64,000 nt of DNA from Nitrospinaceae bacterium (GCA_029261595.1 JAJDAZ010000001.1:23-64022); one strand, 5' to 3'. Positions 1-10,904 are shown, counted from the stretch's first letter. Notes: generated from the letters alone by a model not told the origin. Made by a program: numbers and translations.

Positions 1-79
1 GCAAACGGTAAACGCTGTGTGCTGATATCCGAACTTCCATGCATACAACAATACCGCCTACGGACTCATTCATCCACGG

Positions 80-616
80 CTAAAGCCGTGGTGTTCTGTC
101 TGCGACCGTATAAAATTTCATTCCATCACTATTAGGCTCCAAGAAATAATAGATACTTCCTTTCCTGTGAATCAAACTGGCCTTGGTGCGGATATTTTTG
201 GGATTCAAGGCCATCCCGGCAAACACATCAGCTAAAGCCGCATCATAGTCTTTAGCACGCCATTTCTCAGTAGCAAGAGCCAAATAATCTTCCGGAGAAC
301 GTTGTTCAGGAGTGCGTTCTTCTGCCTGCTCAATAAATCTTTCGCCTTCTTTCTCAATTTCAGGAGAGGGTTTGTCCTGGGCAAGGTTGAGGGCAAGTTC
401 CCGCTCCTGTTGGGTTGGCTGGTAGCGTGTTATTTTGACTCCTTCTTTTCCAACTTCAATATTTTTGACATTGTCTGGACCAAAAGCTCCAAACAAAATT
501 AACCCCGCTCCAGCGAAAATGGCGATACCACGTATTCCTGATTTTAATGTGCCAAAGAGTCCTCCAAGGATAAGGATGCCTCCAAATATTACTGCAATCC
601 AAACTCCTGGCTCCAT
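80..616 (-). CDS. Hypothetical membrane-anchored protein with a TPR-like C-terminal part
   Basis: 178-aa ORF. The N-terminus has two Gly-rich hydrophobic helices (WIAVIFGGILILGGLFG, IAIFAGAGLILFGAFG), followed by a charged linker and a helical repeat-like segment. No family was recognised. Confidence 0.5.
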   Translation of the reverse strand: MEPGVWIAVIFGGILILGGLFGTLKSGIRGIAIFAGAGLILFGAFGPDNVKNIEVGKEGVKITRYQPTQQERELALNLAQDKPSPEIEKEGERFIEQAEERTPEQRSPEDYLALATEKWRAKDYDAALADVFAGMALNPKNIRTKASLIHRKGSIYYFLEPNSDGMKFYTVADRTPRL

Positions 617-700
617 ATTGCTTCTATCCTTTATGTGTGATAAAGATTCTCAACTCTACTAATTTAGCAATTTTGGGCCAATAAGTTGGCTTTGCACTTG

Positions 701-1636
701 CTATTTCAATAGATGCTTTACATGCGTGAGCACGGAGTCGCTCAGGGCCTGATAATCATAGCCCCCTTCCAGCATGGAGATCAGCCGACCGCCGCAGATT
801 TCATCTGCGGCGCGTTTTATCTGCTCCGTCATGGCACCAAAACATTCCGTTGTTAATTCTATATTGGCCAGGGGGTCTCTTTGATGCGCGTCGAAGCCTG
901 CGGATATTATGATCAGATCCGGTTTGAAGCGAATCATTTCCGGGATGAGTTTGTTTTCAATCCGGTCCATGTAATCGGCGTCACCCGAATACGCCCGCAT
1001 GGGAAAATTGAGTGTGGTTCCCAAGCCGTCTCCCGTCCCGGTTTCGTCTTCATCGCCGGTGCCGGGATAAAACGGATACTGGTGGGAACTTGCGTAATAC
1101 ACCGAAGGATCGTTATAAAAGGAATGCTGGGTGCCGTTGCCGTGATGCACGTCCCAGTCAAAAATGAACACCCGGTTGAGATCTTTTTCCTCGATGGCGT
1201 AACGGGCGGCGACGGCGACGTTATTGAACAGGCAGAACCCCATCGCCCGGTCTTGTTCCGCATGATGCCCAGGCGGGCGCACCGCGCAAAATGCATTGTC
1301 GGCCTCTCCATCCACTACCAGGTCCACGGCAGTCAATCCCGCGCCTGCGGCCAGGACAGCAGCGCCGTAAGAGTCCTTGCTGATGACGGTGTCCGCGTCC
1401 AGATTGCGCATGCCTTCTTCCCAGGCGGTGCGCACCCGTTCGATATAGCCCGCATCATGATTGCGGGCAATTTGTTCTGCGGTCGCTTCCCGCGGTTCGG
1501 TGAAGGTCAGGTTTTGGTAGATGTCCGAATCCTTGATTTTTCCGTAAATCGCTTCCAACCTGCCGGGGTTTTCCGGATGCGGATTGGTGTCGTGTTTCAG
1601 GTAAAGCGGATTGTATAAAAAGCTGGTTTTTCGCAT
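701..1636 (-). CDS. Histone deacetylase / acetoin-utilisation (AcuC/APAH) family deacetylase
   Basis: Carries the HDAC-superfamily motifs RPPGHHAE, DWDVHHGNGTQ and a GGYD-type C-terminus (EGGYDY). I placed the start at MRKTSFLYNP; the upstream 35 codons of the ORF look like a non-native extension. Confidence 0.85.
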   Translation of the reverse strand: MRKTSFLYNPLYLKHDTNPHPENPGRLEAIYGKIKDSDIYQNLTFTEPREATAEQIARNHDAGYIERVRTAWEEGMRNLDADTVISKDSYGAAVLAAGAGLTAVDLVVDGEADNAFCAVRPPGHHAEQDRAMGFCLFNNVAVAARYAIEEKDLNRVFIFDWDVHHGNGTQHSFYNDPSVYYASSHQYPFYPGTGDEDETGTGDGLGTTLNFPMRAYSGDADYMDRIENKLIPEMIRFKPDLIIISAGFDAHQRDPLANIELTTECFGAMTEQIKRAADEICGGRLISMLEGGYDYQALSDSVLTHVKHLLK

Positions 1637-1841
1637 GGTGATGGGTTCCTGGATGAGAGAATTGACTGGGGGGTCAGGTTGTCCTTTGCTGGAATCTGTT
1701 TTGGTGAGAGAATAGCAGAAACCAAATATCAGAACAAGCAAGGCAGCTCTAACAATGGTACTGGACCAGGAGCGGCTCTTATGAAATAAGAGCCAGCGAG
1801 TTGCCTGAAAAAAATATCAAATTACTAGATATTTCTTTGAG

Positions 1842-3005
1842 ATGGATTCTACTATTACCGAGGAAAAGGTACGGGCGATCGAGCAGACAGCCACCGGTCT
1901 GGGCTTTGACGGGTTCGGCATCACAGGCCCCGATACGCCCAAAGCGGCAGAAAGATACAAACGCTGGCTGTCCCACGAATATGAAGGAACCATGGGATAC
2001 ATGAGCCGATGGGAAGAAAAGCGTTCGGATTTAAACAAAGTCCTCCCCGGCATCCAAAGCGTGATCTGCTTGCGCACCAATTATTTACCCGAAGATAAAG
2101 ACCTGCGCTTTCTGGACGAGTCCGACAACGGCGATATTTCCCTCTACGCGCATAACGAGGATTACCACGATGTCCTGCTCCCCCGGCTCAAACAACTGGA
2201 TGAAAAGATTCATCAGGAGTTTCCCGACTGCAAAACCAAAGTTTATGTGGACACGGGGCCGGTGCTGGAAAAACCCCTGGCGCAAAATGCCGGAATCGGC
2301 TGGGTGGGCAAACACACCAATCTGATCAGCGAAGGCATCGGGTCCTGGTATTTTTTATCGGAGATTTTGACGGACATCACCCTGCCTTTCAACAAACCGG
2401 CAGTGGACCGTTGCGGGACCTGCCGGGAATGCATCGACATCTGCCCGACCCGCGCCATCGTGGCCCCTTACGTTCTCGACTCAAGAAAATGCATTTCCTA
2501 TCTCAATATCGAGCTGAAGGGAGTGATCCCCTTGCAATTTAGAAAGGCCATGGGCAACCGGATTTATGGCTGTGACGATTGCCAGATCGTCTGCCCGTGG
2601 AATACCTACGCGGTCAAAACCGACGACCCCGCATTTCACGGGAAAGCAAGCGACCGCCTGCTCATCGAAATGATTCACCTGGATGACGAAGGGTTTCGCA
2701 AACGGTTTCGCAACAGCCCCATCAAGCGCATCAAGCGTCGGGGTTTCCTGCGCAACGTGGCCATCGCGCTGGGCAATTCGGGCAACCTCGACGCGGTCTT
2801 TCCTCTCATTGAGGTCCTGACCGACAAAGAACCGCTCATTCGCGCCCACGCCGTCTGGGCCCTGGGGGAATTGCTGCAGGAAAAAGCGCCGACGGTTTTG
2901 TGGGAGAACCTCGCGGAGGAATCCGATGAAATGGTGTTGACGGAAATTCGGAATGTTGATAAAACCTACCGCCGGACCTCCGGCTCCTATTTTTCTCTCG
3001 AATGA
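1842..3005 (+). CDS. queG: Epoxyqueuosine reductase (tRNA queuosine biosynthesis)
   Basis: Two 4Fe-4S ferredoxin motifs (CGTCRECIDICPT, CDDCQIVCPWN), the typical CISYLNIELKG segment and a HEAT-like C-terminus (PLIRAHAVWALGEL). Confidence 0.85.
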   Translation: MDSTITEEKVRAIEQTATGLGFDGFGITGPDTPKAAERYKRWLSHEYEGTMGYMSRWEEKRSDLNKVLPGIQSVICLRTNYLPEDKDLRFLDESDNGDISLYAHNEDYHDVLLPRLKQLDEKIHQEFPDCKTKVYVDTGPVLEKPLAQNAGIGWVGKHTNLISEGIGSWYFLSEILTDITLPFNKPAVDRCGTCRECIDICPTRAIVAPYVLDSRKCISYLNIELKGVIPLQFRKAMGNRIYGCDDCQIVCPWNTYAVKTDDPAFHGKASDRLLIEMIHLDDEGFRKRFRNSPIKRIKRRGFLRNVAIALGNSGNLDAVFPLIEVLTDKEPLIRAHAVWALGELLQEKAPTVLWENLAEESDEMVLTEIRNVDKTYRRTSGSYFSLE

Positions 3006-3077
3006 TAAACCCGTTGATAAAATCGGCATCTCAAGTCTATAATTAATCCCATTTATTCCCATATAACCAAGGAACTC

Positions 3078-4118
3078 ATGAGCGAAGAAAACAATTTCCG
3101 ATTTCTAAAAGCGTGCCGGGGCGAGCCGGTCGATAAAACTCCTGTCTGGTTCATGCGTCAGGCAGGCCGCTATATGAAGGCTTACCGGGACCTCAAGGAA
3201 AAACACACATTTTTGGAAATGTGTAAAACTCCGGAGCTGGCCACCAAAGTCACGATGCAACCGGTGAACGCTCTGGACATCGACGCCGCGATTATTTTTG
3301 CGGACATTCTGCTTCCCCTCGAACCGATGGGAACAGGGCTCGAATTTATAGTAGGCGACGGGCCGTCGATTCCCCGTCCCGTAAAAGACGCCAAGGCCGT
3401 CGAGAACCTGCGCCCGGTCAATGCCGAGGAACAATTAGGCTTCGTGGGTGATGCCATCCGCATGGTGCGAAAAGAAATCAACGGCAAAGTTCCGTTGATC
3501 GGTTTTGCCGGAGCTCCCTTCACGCTCTGCAGTTATATGGTGGAAGGCGGCAAGTCGCGGGAATTCAAAACCACCAAGTTGATGATGCTGGAAACGCCGG
3601 ACACCTGGGCACTGATGATGGATAAGGTCTGTACCATGCTGATCGATTATTTAAAAATGCAGGTGAACGCAGGCGCACAGGCGCTACAGTTATTCGACAG
3701 TTGGGTCGGGTGCCTTAGCCCCTACGACTATACGAAGTATGTCCTGCCCTACACCAAACGAGTGATCGATGGATTGAAAGACTGCGGCGTTCCGGTGATC
3801 AATTTCAGCACCGGCACTTCCACCATGTTGCCCGAGGTCGCAAAGGCCGGCGGCGACGTGATCAGTTTTGACTGGCGGATTTCTTTAGACGACGCCTGGA
3901 AACAAATCGGCCATGATCAGCCGATTCAGGGCAACCTCGATCCGGTGCTTTTGTTCGCACCGCTTCCAGTGCTCAAAGAACGGGTCCACGATATCATGCG
4001 TCAGGCGGCGGGTCGGCCGGGACATATCTTTAATCTCGGGCATGGTATTTTACAGCACACACCGGTCGATCATGTCAAAGCGGTCTGCGACATGGTTCAC
4101 GAATACCGCTATGAGTGA
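3078..4118 (+). CDS. hemE: Uroporphyrinogen decarboxylase
   Basis: URO-D signature PVWFMRQAGRYM near the N-terminus. The length of 346 aa and the C-terminal FNLGHGI motif fit the family. Confidence 0.93.
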   Translation: MSEENNFRFLKACRGEPVDKTPVWFMRQAGRYMKAYRDLKEKHTFLEMCKTPELATKVTMQPVNALDIDAAIIFADILLPLEPMGTGLEFIVGDGPSIPRPVKDAKAVENLRPVNAEEQLGFVGDAIRMVRKEINGKVPLIGFAGAPFTLCSYMVEGGKSREFKTTKLMMLETPDTWALMMDKVCTMLIDYLKMQVNAGAQALQLFDSWVGCLSPYDYTKYVLPYTKRVIDGLKDCGVPVINFSTGTSTMLPEVAKAGGDVISFDWRISLDDAWKQIGHDQPIQGNLDPVLLFAPLPVLKERVHDIMRQAAGRPGHIFNLGHGILQHTPVDHVKAVCDMVHEYRYE

Positions 4119-5043
4119 CAGCCCACCCACCCAGGCAATTTTCCTGATGGCCCACGGGGCGCCCACCCGCGTGGACGACATCCCGCTTTATCTTAAAAAT
4201 ATTCGTGGCGGCAAAGAGTCCACTCCCGAAGTGATTAAGATCATCCAGGAGCGCTACGAAGCCATCGGCGGCAGTTCTCCCCTGCTTGAAATCACACGGG
4301 GTCAGGCCGAAGCGCTGGAGAAATTCATCAACCAGGATGGGAAGAATACCTTCAAAGTTTATTTCGGCATGCGCAGTTGGAACCCCTATATCAAGGATGA
4401 GGTCCAACAGATGGTGGACGACGGCATCAAAAAAGTGGTTGCCCTCTGCCTTGCCCCGCAATACAGCAAATGGAGCACCGAGCGTTATTTCAAATCCTTC
4501 AACGACGCGCTCAAGGAATCCGACCCGGAGAACAATCTGGAGATACAATATATTGCCAGCTGGTGCGATCATCCTTGCCTCACCGATGCGTTCGTCGAAA
4601 AATACAATCAGGCGATTGAAAAATTATCAGAAAAAGATAAAGATCAGGTTCACACCGTGTTCACCGTGCACAGCATTCCCGCCGCCGCCGTGGATGAAGG
4701 CGACCCTTACGCCGAAGAATACGAAAAAACCGTGCGCCACATTGTCGAGCGGGTTCAACCCAGAAACTGGCACATGGCCTACCAGAGCCAGGGAATGATC
4801 CCCGTGCCCTGGCTCACACCCACGGTAGAATCGGTTCTCGACAAGATCGCCCGGATTGGCGCAAAACCGGTTCTTGTGGTTCCTGTGGGTTTCGTGTCCG
4901 ACCACATAGAAATTCTATACGACATCGACATCGAATTTAAAAACTACGCCAAAGAACGCAAGCTCGATCTTTATCGAACCGAATCGATGAATCTGTCTCC
5001 CACCTTCACCGAAGCCCTCGCCGCCCTGGTGTGGCCCGCGTAA
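4111..5043 (+). CDS. hemH: Ferrochelatase
   Basis: FLMAHGAP N-terminal motif, TVHSIP, and GFVSDHIEILYDID near the C-terminus. The start ATG at 4111 overlaps the hemE stop (ATGAGTGA). The longer ORF from 3913 runs inside hemE in another frame. Confidence 0.9.
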   Translation: MSDSPPTQAIFLMAHGAPTRVDDIPLYLKNIRGGKESTPEVIKIIQERYEAIGGSSPLLEITRGQAEALEKFINQDGKNTFKVYFGMRSWNPYIKDEVQQMVDDGIKKVVALCLAPQYSKWSTERYFKSFNDALKESDPENNLEIQYIASWCDHPCLTDAFVEKYNQAIEKLSEKDKDQVHTVFTVHSIPAAAVDEGDPYAEEYEKTVRHIVERVQPRNWHMAYQSQGMIPVPWLTPTVESVLDKIARIGAKPVLVVPVGFVSDHIEILYDIDIEFKNYAKERKLDLYRTESMNLSPTFTEALAALVWPA

Positions 5044-5200
5044 CGCTGTTCGATGGATTTATTGCTGGCCTAACCCTTGTATCTCAGCGTTTCCCTCCTT
5101 TTCGCATTAAGATTTTTTAATCCTGCATTAACCTACAATCAATATTGTTTTTTTTAGTCTGTAAAGGAACCAAACTCCAACTGAGGGAAGGAACCTGAAC

Positions 5201-6328
5201 ATGAGAAAAACAAAACTAATAAATCGCGTCGTGGCGACCGTTCTGGCGGGAGCCTTTCTATTTATTCTGGGGGCGAGTGTCGCCGCCTTCCAGCAATCCA
5301 CCGAAAAATTGTGGACACAGAAAACCGAGACGGATCAATCCGTAACTTCCGGCGGAAACCAATTCAGCAAGCTGGCGGAGTCGTTGAGCCCTACGGTGGT
5401 CAACATCCGCTCCCTGCAGACGATCAACCACAGTTATTACGGGAGCGCCCCCTGGCAGAGTCCAGGCCCTCGCAGTGGACACCCTTCGGAGCAGTACCGG
5501 CAACGGGGGGAAGGGTCCGGGTTCATCATCCATAAAGACGGTTATATATTGACCAACGCCCACGTGGTGAAGGGTTCCGATGCGGTGCAGGTGGCGTTGT
5601 CGGATGGAACGTTGTTTCGCGGCGTGCCGGTTGGCATCGACCTGGTGACCGATATTGCCCTCATCAAGATCGATTCACCCGCCGACCTGCCCGTTCTTCC
5701 GCTTGGAAACTCCGACAATCTAAAACCAGGGGAATGGGTGATGGCTATCGGAAGTCCCTTTGGACTGGATTTGACGGTGACTGCGGGAATCGTCAGCGGC
5801 AAAGGCCGGTCTTTGGGAACCAGCCCGTTTGACGATTTCATTCAGACCGACGCCCCGATCAATCCCGGCAACAGCGGAGGTCCGCTGATCAATATGCGGG
5901 GCGAGGTGATCGGCATCAACACCGCCATTCTTCCTCAGGGGCAGGGGCTGGGGTTTTCTTTGCCGATCGATCTGGTCAAGAAACTGCTCCCGCAACTGAA
6001 GGAAAAAGGCCGGGTGGTTCGCAGTTGGCTGGGCGTCACTGTCCAGGACATCACTCTGGACGTCAAGGAATCCATGAACCTGTCTGTGGACCGGGGTTCC
6101 CTGGTGCGGGAAGTGATGAAAGGAAGCCCTGCGTCGATTGCAGGAATTCAGTCGAATGACGTCATCACCCAATTTGACGGCCATGCGATCAAGAGCTCGC
6201 GCGAGCTTCCGAAGCGGGTCGCTCACGCACCGGCGGGAATCAAGATGCCTGTCATTCTCGTACGTGATGGCAAGCAAATTTCTATCGAGGTGGAACTGGA
6301 AAAAATTCCCGGCCGGGTTGAAAGCTAA
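5201..6328 (+). CDS. htrA: HtrA/DegP-family periplasmic serine endoprotease with one PDZ domain
   Basis: Signal-anchor N-terminus. Trypsin-fold triad context is present (TNAHVV, DIALIKI, GNSGGPLIN). The C-terminal PDZ-like region contains GSPASIAGIQSNDVI. Confidence 0.9.
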   Translation: MRKTKLINRVVATVLAGAFLFILGASVAAFQQSTEKLWTQKTETDQSVTSGGNQFSKLAESLSPTVVNIRSLQTINHSYYGSAPWQSPGPRSGHPSEQYRQRGEGSGFIIHKDGYILTNAHVVKGSDAVQVALSDGTLFRGVPVGIDLVTDIALIKIDSPADLPVLPLGNSDNLKPGEWVMAIGSPFGLDLTVTAGIVSGKGRSLGTSPFDDFIQTDAPINPGNSGGPLINMRGEVIGINTAILPQGQGLGFSLPIDLVKKLLPQLKEKGRVVRSWLGVTVQDITLDVKESMNLSVDRGSLVREVMKGSPASIAGIQSNDVITQFDGHAIKSSRELPKRVAHAPAGIKMPVILVRDGKQISIEVELEKIPGRVES

Positions 6329-6440
6329 AATCACGATGACTTGAAAATTATTAATATAATTTCATATTCTTCAGAAAAGAGTTTTGGGCCGAGGAATATA
6401 TTTTTAACCCCTATGAGTCTCTGTCAATTTTGAGATTCCG

Positions 6441-6463
6441 CCCCCTTCAGTCAATGAAGGGGG
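6441..6463 (+). terminator. GC-rich hairpin downstream of htrA (possible terminator)
   Basis: Perfect 9-bp inverted repeat CCCCCTTCA / TGAAGGGGG with a 5-nt loop. No clean T-tract follows directly, so function is uncertain. Confidence 0.3.
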
Positions 6464-6625
6464 CAAGGGATACCAGATTTATTTTCCCGGCATCATAATT
6501 ATGATCCGACCCAAAACCATCCCAGGAAAATCATCCGCTGATTAAAAAAACAACCGCCATTAAAAATGAATGGATGGAATTATTTTTTTTCTTCCATTTT
6601 TTTTTAAACGCCGTATTATCCTCCC

Positions 6626-8812
6626 ATGCTCACCGATTCACTGAACCCCCAGCAGTTACAATCTGTCCTTCATGCCGACGGCCCGCTCATTGTGGTGGCC
6701 GGCGCAGGCTCCGGCAAGACCCGGGTGATCACCACCCGCATCGCTCACCTGATCCAGGAAAAAGGCATTGCTCCGGAGCGGATACTGGCGATCACGTTCA
6801 CCAACAAGGCCGCCGGAGAAATGAAAGAACGGGTCCGAAAAATACTCGGTCACAGCTCGTCTTCCCCGTGGATCAGCACCTTTCATTCTTTTTGCCTGAG
6901 GATTTTAAGGCGGCATATTTCCGCTCTGGGTTACCCCGGTGATTTTGCCATCTACGACAGCCAGGACCAGTTGTCTCTCGTCAAACAATGCATGAAAAAA
7001 ATGTCGGTGAATGTCGAGGCTTTCCCGCCGAAATCCATTCTCAACGGCATCAGCGGATTCAAGAATGATTATCTTTTCCCCGGCGACATAGACCTCGACT
7101 CCCTGCCCTATGGCAACAAGCTGAAAGCCGCCCAGGTTTATCCGGTGTATCAGGAGCACTTGAAAAAAAACAGTGCGCTTGATTTCGACGACCTTTTGAT
7201 CTGGGCCGTCAAGCTGTTGAGTGAAGTCCAGGAAGTGTCGGAGATGTACAACGATCGCTTTCAATACGTCCTGGCCGATGAGTTTCAGGACACCAACAAG
7301 ACCCAGTATCAATTGCTCAAACTGCTCTCTATAAAACATCGCAATGTGTGTGTGGTGGGCGATGACGACCAGAGCATCTACCGCTGGCGCGGCGCGAACG
7401 TGGAAAACCTCATGCACTTCGAAAAAGATTTTCCGGGAACCACGGTGATCAAGCTGGAGGAAAATTATCGCTCGACGCAAAACATTCTGAAAGCCGCCGG
7501 GGAAGTGGTCAAGGAAAACAACAATCGAAAACCCAAAACCCTGTGGACGAAAAACGAAGACGGCGAACCCATCGTTTATTATCGCGCCGAAGACGAAGTT
7601 GATGAAGCCCGCAATGTCTGCGAACGGATTGTAAAGTTAAACCGGCAGGAAAACCTCTCGTTCAACGATATGGCGGTGTTGTACCGCACCAACGCGCAAT
7701 CCCGCGTGATGGAGGACGCGTTGCGCCGAAAAAATATCCAGTATCAGGTGTATGGCGGGTTGAAGTTTTATGCCAGAAAAGAGGTCAAGGATATTCTGTC
7801 CTATTTGCGGGTTGCCTTGAACCCTGAAGATTCCGTTTCTTTAAAACGCATCGTTAATTATCCCGCAAGGGGAATCGGCAAAACATCGCTGGATAAAGTT
7901 GAAACTTATTGCGACCAAGCGGACCTGCCCCTGATTCAAGGCTTGCGGCAGGCTGAAGAGAAGCGACTGCTCTCGACTGCGGCGGCAAAAAAAATCGCCG
8001 CGTTTATTGAAATGATGGAGGCGTTTGCAGAAAAGTGCAAAGCGGGTTCACCCGTAGACGCTCTTCGTGAAATCATCGAACGCTCTGGCTATAACGCCAT
8101 GTTGCAAAAAGAAAACACCATTGAAAGTCAGAGCCGACAGGAAAACCTACAGGAATTGATCTCCGCTTTGGAACAGTCGGTGGAACAGAGAAACACTTTG
8201 CAGGAGTTTCTAGACAGCACCGCGCTGGTGGCCGATATCGATTCGCTGGAAGAAGATTCAAGAGGCATTCTGCCTCTCATGACCCTTCATTCCTGCAAGG
8301 GGTTGGAGTTTGCCGCCGTGTTCATCATCGGCATGGAGGACGGGCTTTTGCCGCATGGCAGTTCGATGTCCGACCCCGCCCAATACGAAGAGGAGCGGCG
8401 GCTGTGTTATGTCGGGTTCACCCGTGCCCGGAAAATGTTGTTCGTCAGCAACGCCCGACGGCGCAAAATTTATGGCAGTGTCTTCAATTATTCTCCTTCG
8501 CAATTTTTACTTTCGATTCCCTCGGAGATCATGGTCAATGAAAGTGCGGTGGGCCAGGACCGGGGGTTCACCTCGCAATCGAGTCCTTCGAGTTCATCCT
8601 CCCCGTCCTACGCCATCCGGTCCCAGCCGGAAAAAGCATCCTCCAGTTCGCCCTATTCCATCGGCTCCAAACTTCTGCACCCGTCGTTTGGAACCGGCGT
8701 GGTGATGAACCGGGAGGGCAACGAGGACGACCTGAAGCTGGAAATATTTTTCAAACGGCCTCATGGCAAGAAAAAAATTGCCCTCAAGCATGTTAAACTG
8801 ATTCCTCTTTAA
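6626..8812 (+). CDS. pcrA: ATP-dependent DNA helicase, UvrD/PcrA (SF1) family
   Basis: Walker A GAGSGKT, motif II DEFQDTN, EENYRST and VLYRTNAQSR motifs. The Ser-rich linker and Tudor-like C-terminal tail are as in the UvrD/PcrA family. Confidence 0.92.
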   Translation: MLTDSLNPQQLQSVLHADGPLIVVAGAGSGKTRVITTRIAHLIQEKGIAPERILAITFTNKAAGEMKERVRKILGHSSSSPWISTFHSFCLRILRRHISALGYPGDFAIYDSQDQLSLVKQCMKKMSVNVEAFPPKSILNGISGFKNDYLFPGDIDLDSLPYGNKLKAAQVYPVYQEHLKKNSALDFDDLLIWAVKLLSEVQEVSEMYNDRFQYVLADEFQDTNKTQYQLLKLLSIKHRNVCVVGDDDQSIYRWRGANVENLMHFEKDFPGTTVIKLEENYRSTQNILKAAGEVVKENNNRKPKTLWTKNEDGEPIVYYRAEDEVDEARNVCERIVKLNRQENLSFNDMAVLYRTNAQSRVMEDALRRKNIQYQVYGGLKFYARKEVKDILSYLRVALNPEDSVSLKRIVNYPARGIGKTSLDKVETYCDQADLPLIQGLRQAEEKRLLSTAAAKKIAAFIEMMEAFAEKCKAGSPVDALREIIERSGYNAMLQKENTIESQSRQENLQELISALEQSVEQRNTLQEFLDSTALVADIDSLEEDSRGILPLMTLHSCKGLEFAAVFIIGMEDGLLPHGSSMSDPAQYEEERRLCYVGFTRARKMLFVSNARRRKIYGSVFNYSPSQFLLSIPSEIMVNESAVGQDRGFTSQSSPSSSSSPSYAIRSQPEKASSSSPYSIGSKLLHPSFGTGVVMNREGNEDDLKLEIFFKRPHGKKKIALKHVKLIPL

Positions 8813-8886
8813 TAAATTTTCGTTTACATGAAATAGTGATTGCCACTCGACCCACTGGGTTGAGCGGCTTTTATTCGGGAGGTATT

Positions 8887-9201
8887 ATGCTTTTAACAAC
8901 CAGTATGAAACGAATCATTTTCCTGGTAGCGTTTCTTTTTCTATTTTGTGGAGTGGCTCTTGCAGATGATCAAAACGCCGTTTCGTTTTCCGGAAAAGTA
9001 AAAAAGGTGATCTTAAAGAAAAACAAGGTGGCGATCATGGACCCTGCTACCAAAAAACGCTTCGCGCTGACCGTCAACGATCAGACAAAAATGACTGGCT
9101 GGAGCGGTCTCGCTGATATCAAAAAAGGTGACCTAATCAGCGGGAAATACATCGTGACGGACAAAGGCTTGTATGTCGCCACCGAGTTAAAAGGGAAGTA
9201 A
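8887..9201 (+). CDS. Small secreted hypothetical protein
   Basis: GGAGG sits 4 nt upstream of the ATG at 8887. The signal peptide is MKRIIFLVAFLFLFCGVALA. No family was recognised. Confidence 0.55.
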   Translation: MLLTTSMKRIIFLVAFLFLFCGVALADDQNAVSFSGKVKKVILKKNKVAIMDPATKKRFALTVNDQTKMTGWSGLADIKKGDLISGKYIVTDKGLYVATELKGK

Positions 9202-9204
9202 AAG

Positions 9205-10506
9205 CTAAAGCGCGGGACTGGACTTTTGGATCGGAAATAGTTTTTTCAACCGGGCCTTTCCCTCAGGAGGCAATCTCAGACTCAGAACAATGCGATCGTC
9301 CTGGTAATCTTCCTTGACGATGATCGCTTCTTTGCGGATGGCGGAAATCCGGTCGGCTTCTGAATAATCCAGTTCAAGGACATAAGGAGTCAACCGGTTT
9401 TCGTAACAGCGGATGATTTCTTTTTGCAACCGGTCGATGCCCTCGCCCGACTTGCAGGAGATGAACACCGCTTGCGGGTTCGATTGGTGCGCGTTGACTA
9501 AAATTTCGGGGTCGGCGATTCGATCCGTTTTATTAAACACCAGCAACGAATCGATTGCCTCGGCTCCCAGTTCGCTGAGCACCTCATCGACTGTCTCCAT
9601 TTGCCGTTTGTGATCTGGGTGACTGAAGTCCACCAGCTTGATGAGCAGGTCGGCTTCACGGACTTCATCGAGCGTGCTTTTAAAAGACGCCACCAGGTCG
9701 TGCGGTAATTTATCGATGAGACCCACCGTGTCCGCCAGCAGGACGGGGTAGGGAAAGTTCTTTTTGATTTTACGAATGGTCGCCTCCAAAGTTGCGAACA
9801 GTTTGTCTGCCACCAGAGTGTCGGACCCGGTCAACTGGTTCATCAATGTGGATTTCCCGACATTGGTGTAACCGACCAGGGCCACCCGGTAGATCCCGCT
9901 CCGGCTTTTCCGTTGCGTCTTTTTTTCCTTATCGATCCCCTTGAGTTTTCTTTCCAGCTTGGTGATCTCGTTTCGAATGAGTCGGCGGTCCAACTGGATC
10001 TGGGTTTCCCCCACATCGCGTAACCCAATACCGCCGCGCTGACGGGACAGATGCCCCCACATGCGGGTCAACCGGGGAAGCGCGTATTTCAGCCGGGCCA
10101 GTTCGACCTGAGTCTTGGCCTCGCGCGAATTCGCGTGATCATTGAATATTTCCAGAATGAGCCAGGACCGGTCGATCACCCGGCACCCGAAGATTTTCTC
10201 CAGATTGCGATTTTGCCCCGGTGATAGTTCGGCGTCGAAAATGACCGCTTCCGGCTGATGCTGTTCGACCGCCTGCTTGAGTTCTTCCACCTTACCGCTT
10301 CCCAAAAAGGTCTTGGGGTTGACGGTGGAAAGTTTCTGCGAAAGTTCGGCCACCGGATGGTAATTCGCGGTGGTAGCAAGACCTTCAAGTTCACCCAAAG
10401 AAATCGGCTGAGCCGTCCCTTTGCCTTGCGGCAATTGAACACCAACGAGGATCGCTTTCCTTTTTTCGGGAGTCTTGGGTTGAATTTGGTGAAAGAGTGC
10501 TTTCAT
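9205..10506 (-). CDS. hflX: GTPase HflX
   Basis: HflX N-terminal domain plus G-domain motifs GYTNVGKST (G1), DTVGLI (G3) and NKTD (G4). I placed the start at MKALFHQ rather than at the longer ORF start. Confidence 0.9.
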   Translation of the reverse strand: MKALFHQIQPKTPEKRKAILVGVQLPQGKGTAQPISLGELEGLATTANYHPVAELSQKLSTVNPKTFLGSGKVEELKQAVEQHQPEAVIFDAELSPGQNRNLEKIFGCRVIDRSWLILEIFNDHANSREAKTQVELARLKYALPRLTRMWGHLSRQRGGIGLRDVGETQIQLDRRLIRNEITKLERKLKGIDKEKKTQRKSRSGIYRVALVGYTNVGKSTLMNQLTGSDTLVADKLFATLEATIRKIKKNFPYPVLLADTVGLIDKLPHDLVASFKSTLDEVREADLLIKLVDFSHPDHKRQMETVDEVLSELGAEAIDSLLVFNKTDRIADPEILVNAHQSNPQAVFISCKSGEGIDRLQKEIIRCYENRLTPYVLELDYSEADRISAIRKEAIIVKEDYQDDRIVLSLRLPPEGKARLKKLFPIQKSSPAL

Positions 10507-10904
10507 AGGATGGGAGCTATTATAGCAGATTCCTCCGATCAATCGGTGAATAGCTGGCAGGGAAAGCCTGGTGGGTGGCGGCATGAATATTCACGGGCGG
10601 CCTTTAATGATGAGATGAGGCGGGTCGAGGATGAGTTTTCCGAAAGGCATCAAGAAAAAAGTTGACAAAACAAATTCTACTGGATACCCTGTTGGGAGAT
10701 CTCCACAGCTCCCATTAAAAATACTCCGAACTCCAATCAAGCAATCCGGTTTATTTTCTATCCTTCATAGATAAACATCTATTTGTAATATACCTAATAC
10801 CAAAAAAATCGAGAATTTTAGATTTATCCGCAACCCCAAACCAAATCCCAAACAACCATTCGTTAATCAACCTACAAATCTCTACCTCAAAGAGACCCTG
10901 ACCT

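Noticed and set aside
1-130. A hairpin, CCACGGCT-AA-AGCCGTGG (75-92), overlaps the stop of the first ORF, and the TPR-like protein ends abruptly. I considered a REP/MITE element or the 3' end of a group II intron entering from the left.
   Set aside because: Too little sequence is visible at the window edge. There is no domain V/VI-like structure and no second copy of the element in the window, so no claim is supportable.
3913-4110. The long N-terminal extension of the ferrochelatase ORF (start at 3913).
   Set aside because: The extension overlaps the last 200 nt of hemE in another frame and translates to non-conserved sequence. The ATG at 4111 gives a canonical ferrochelatase N-terminus and an ATGA-type overlap with the hemE stop.
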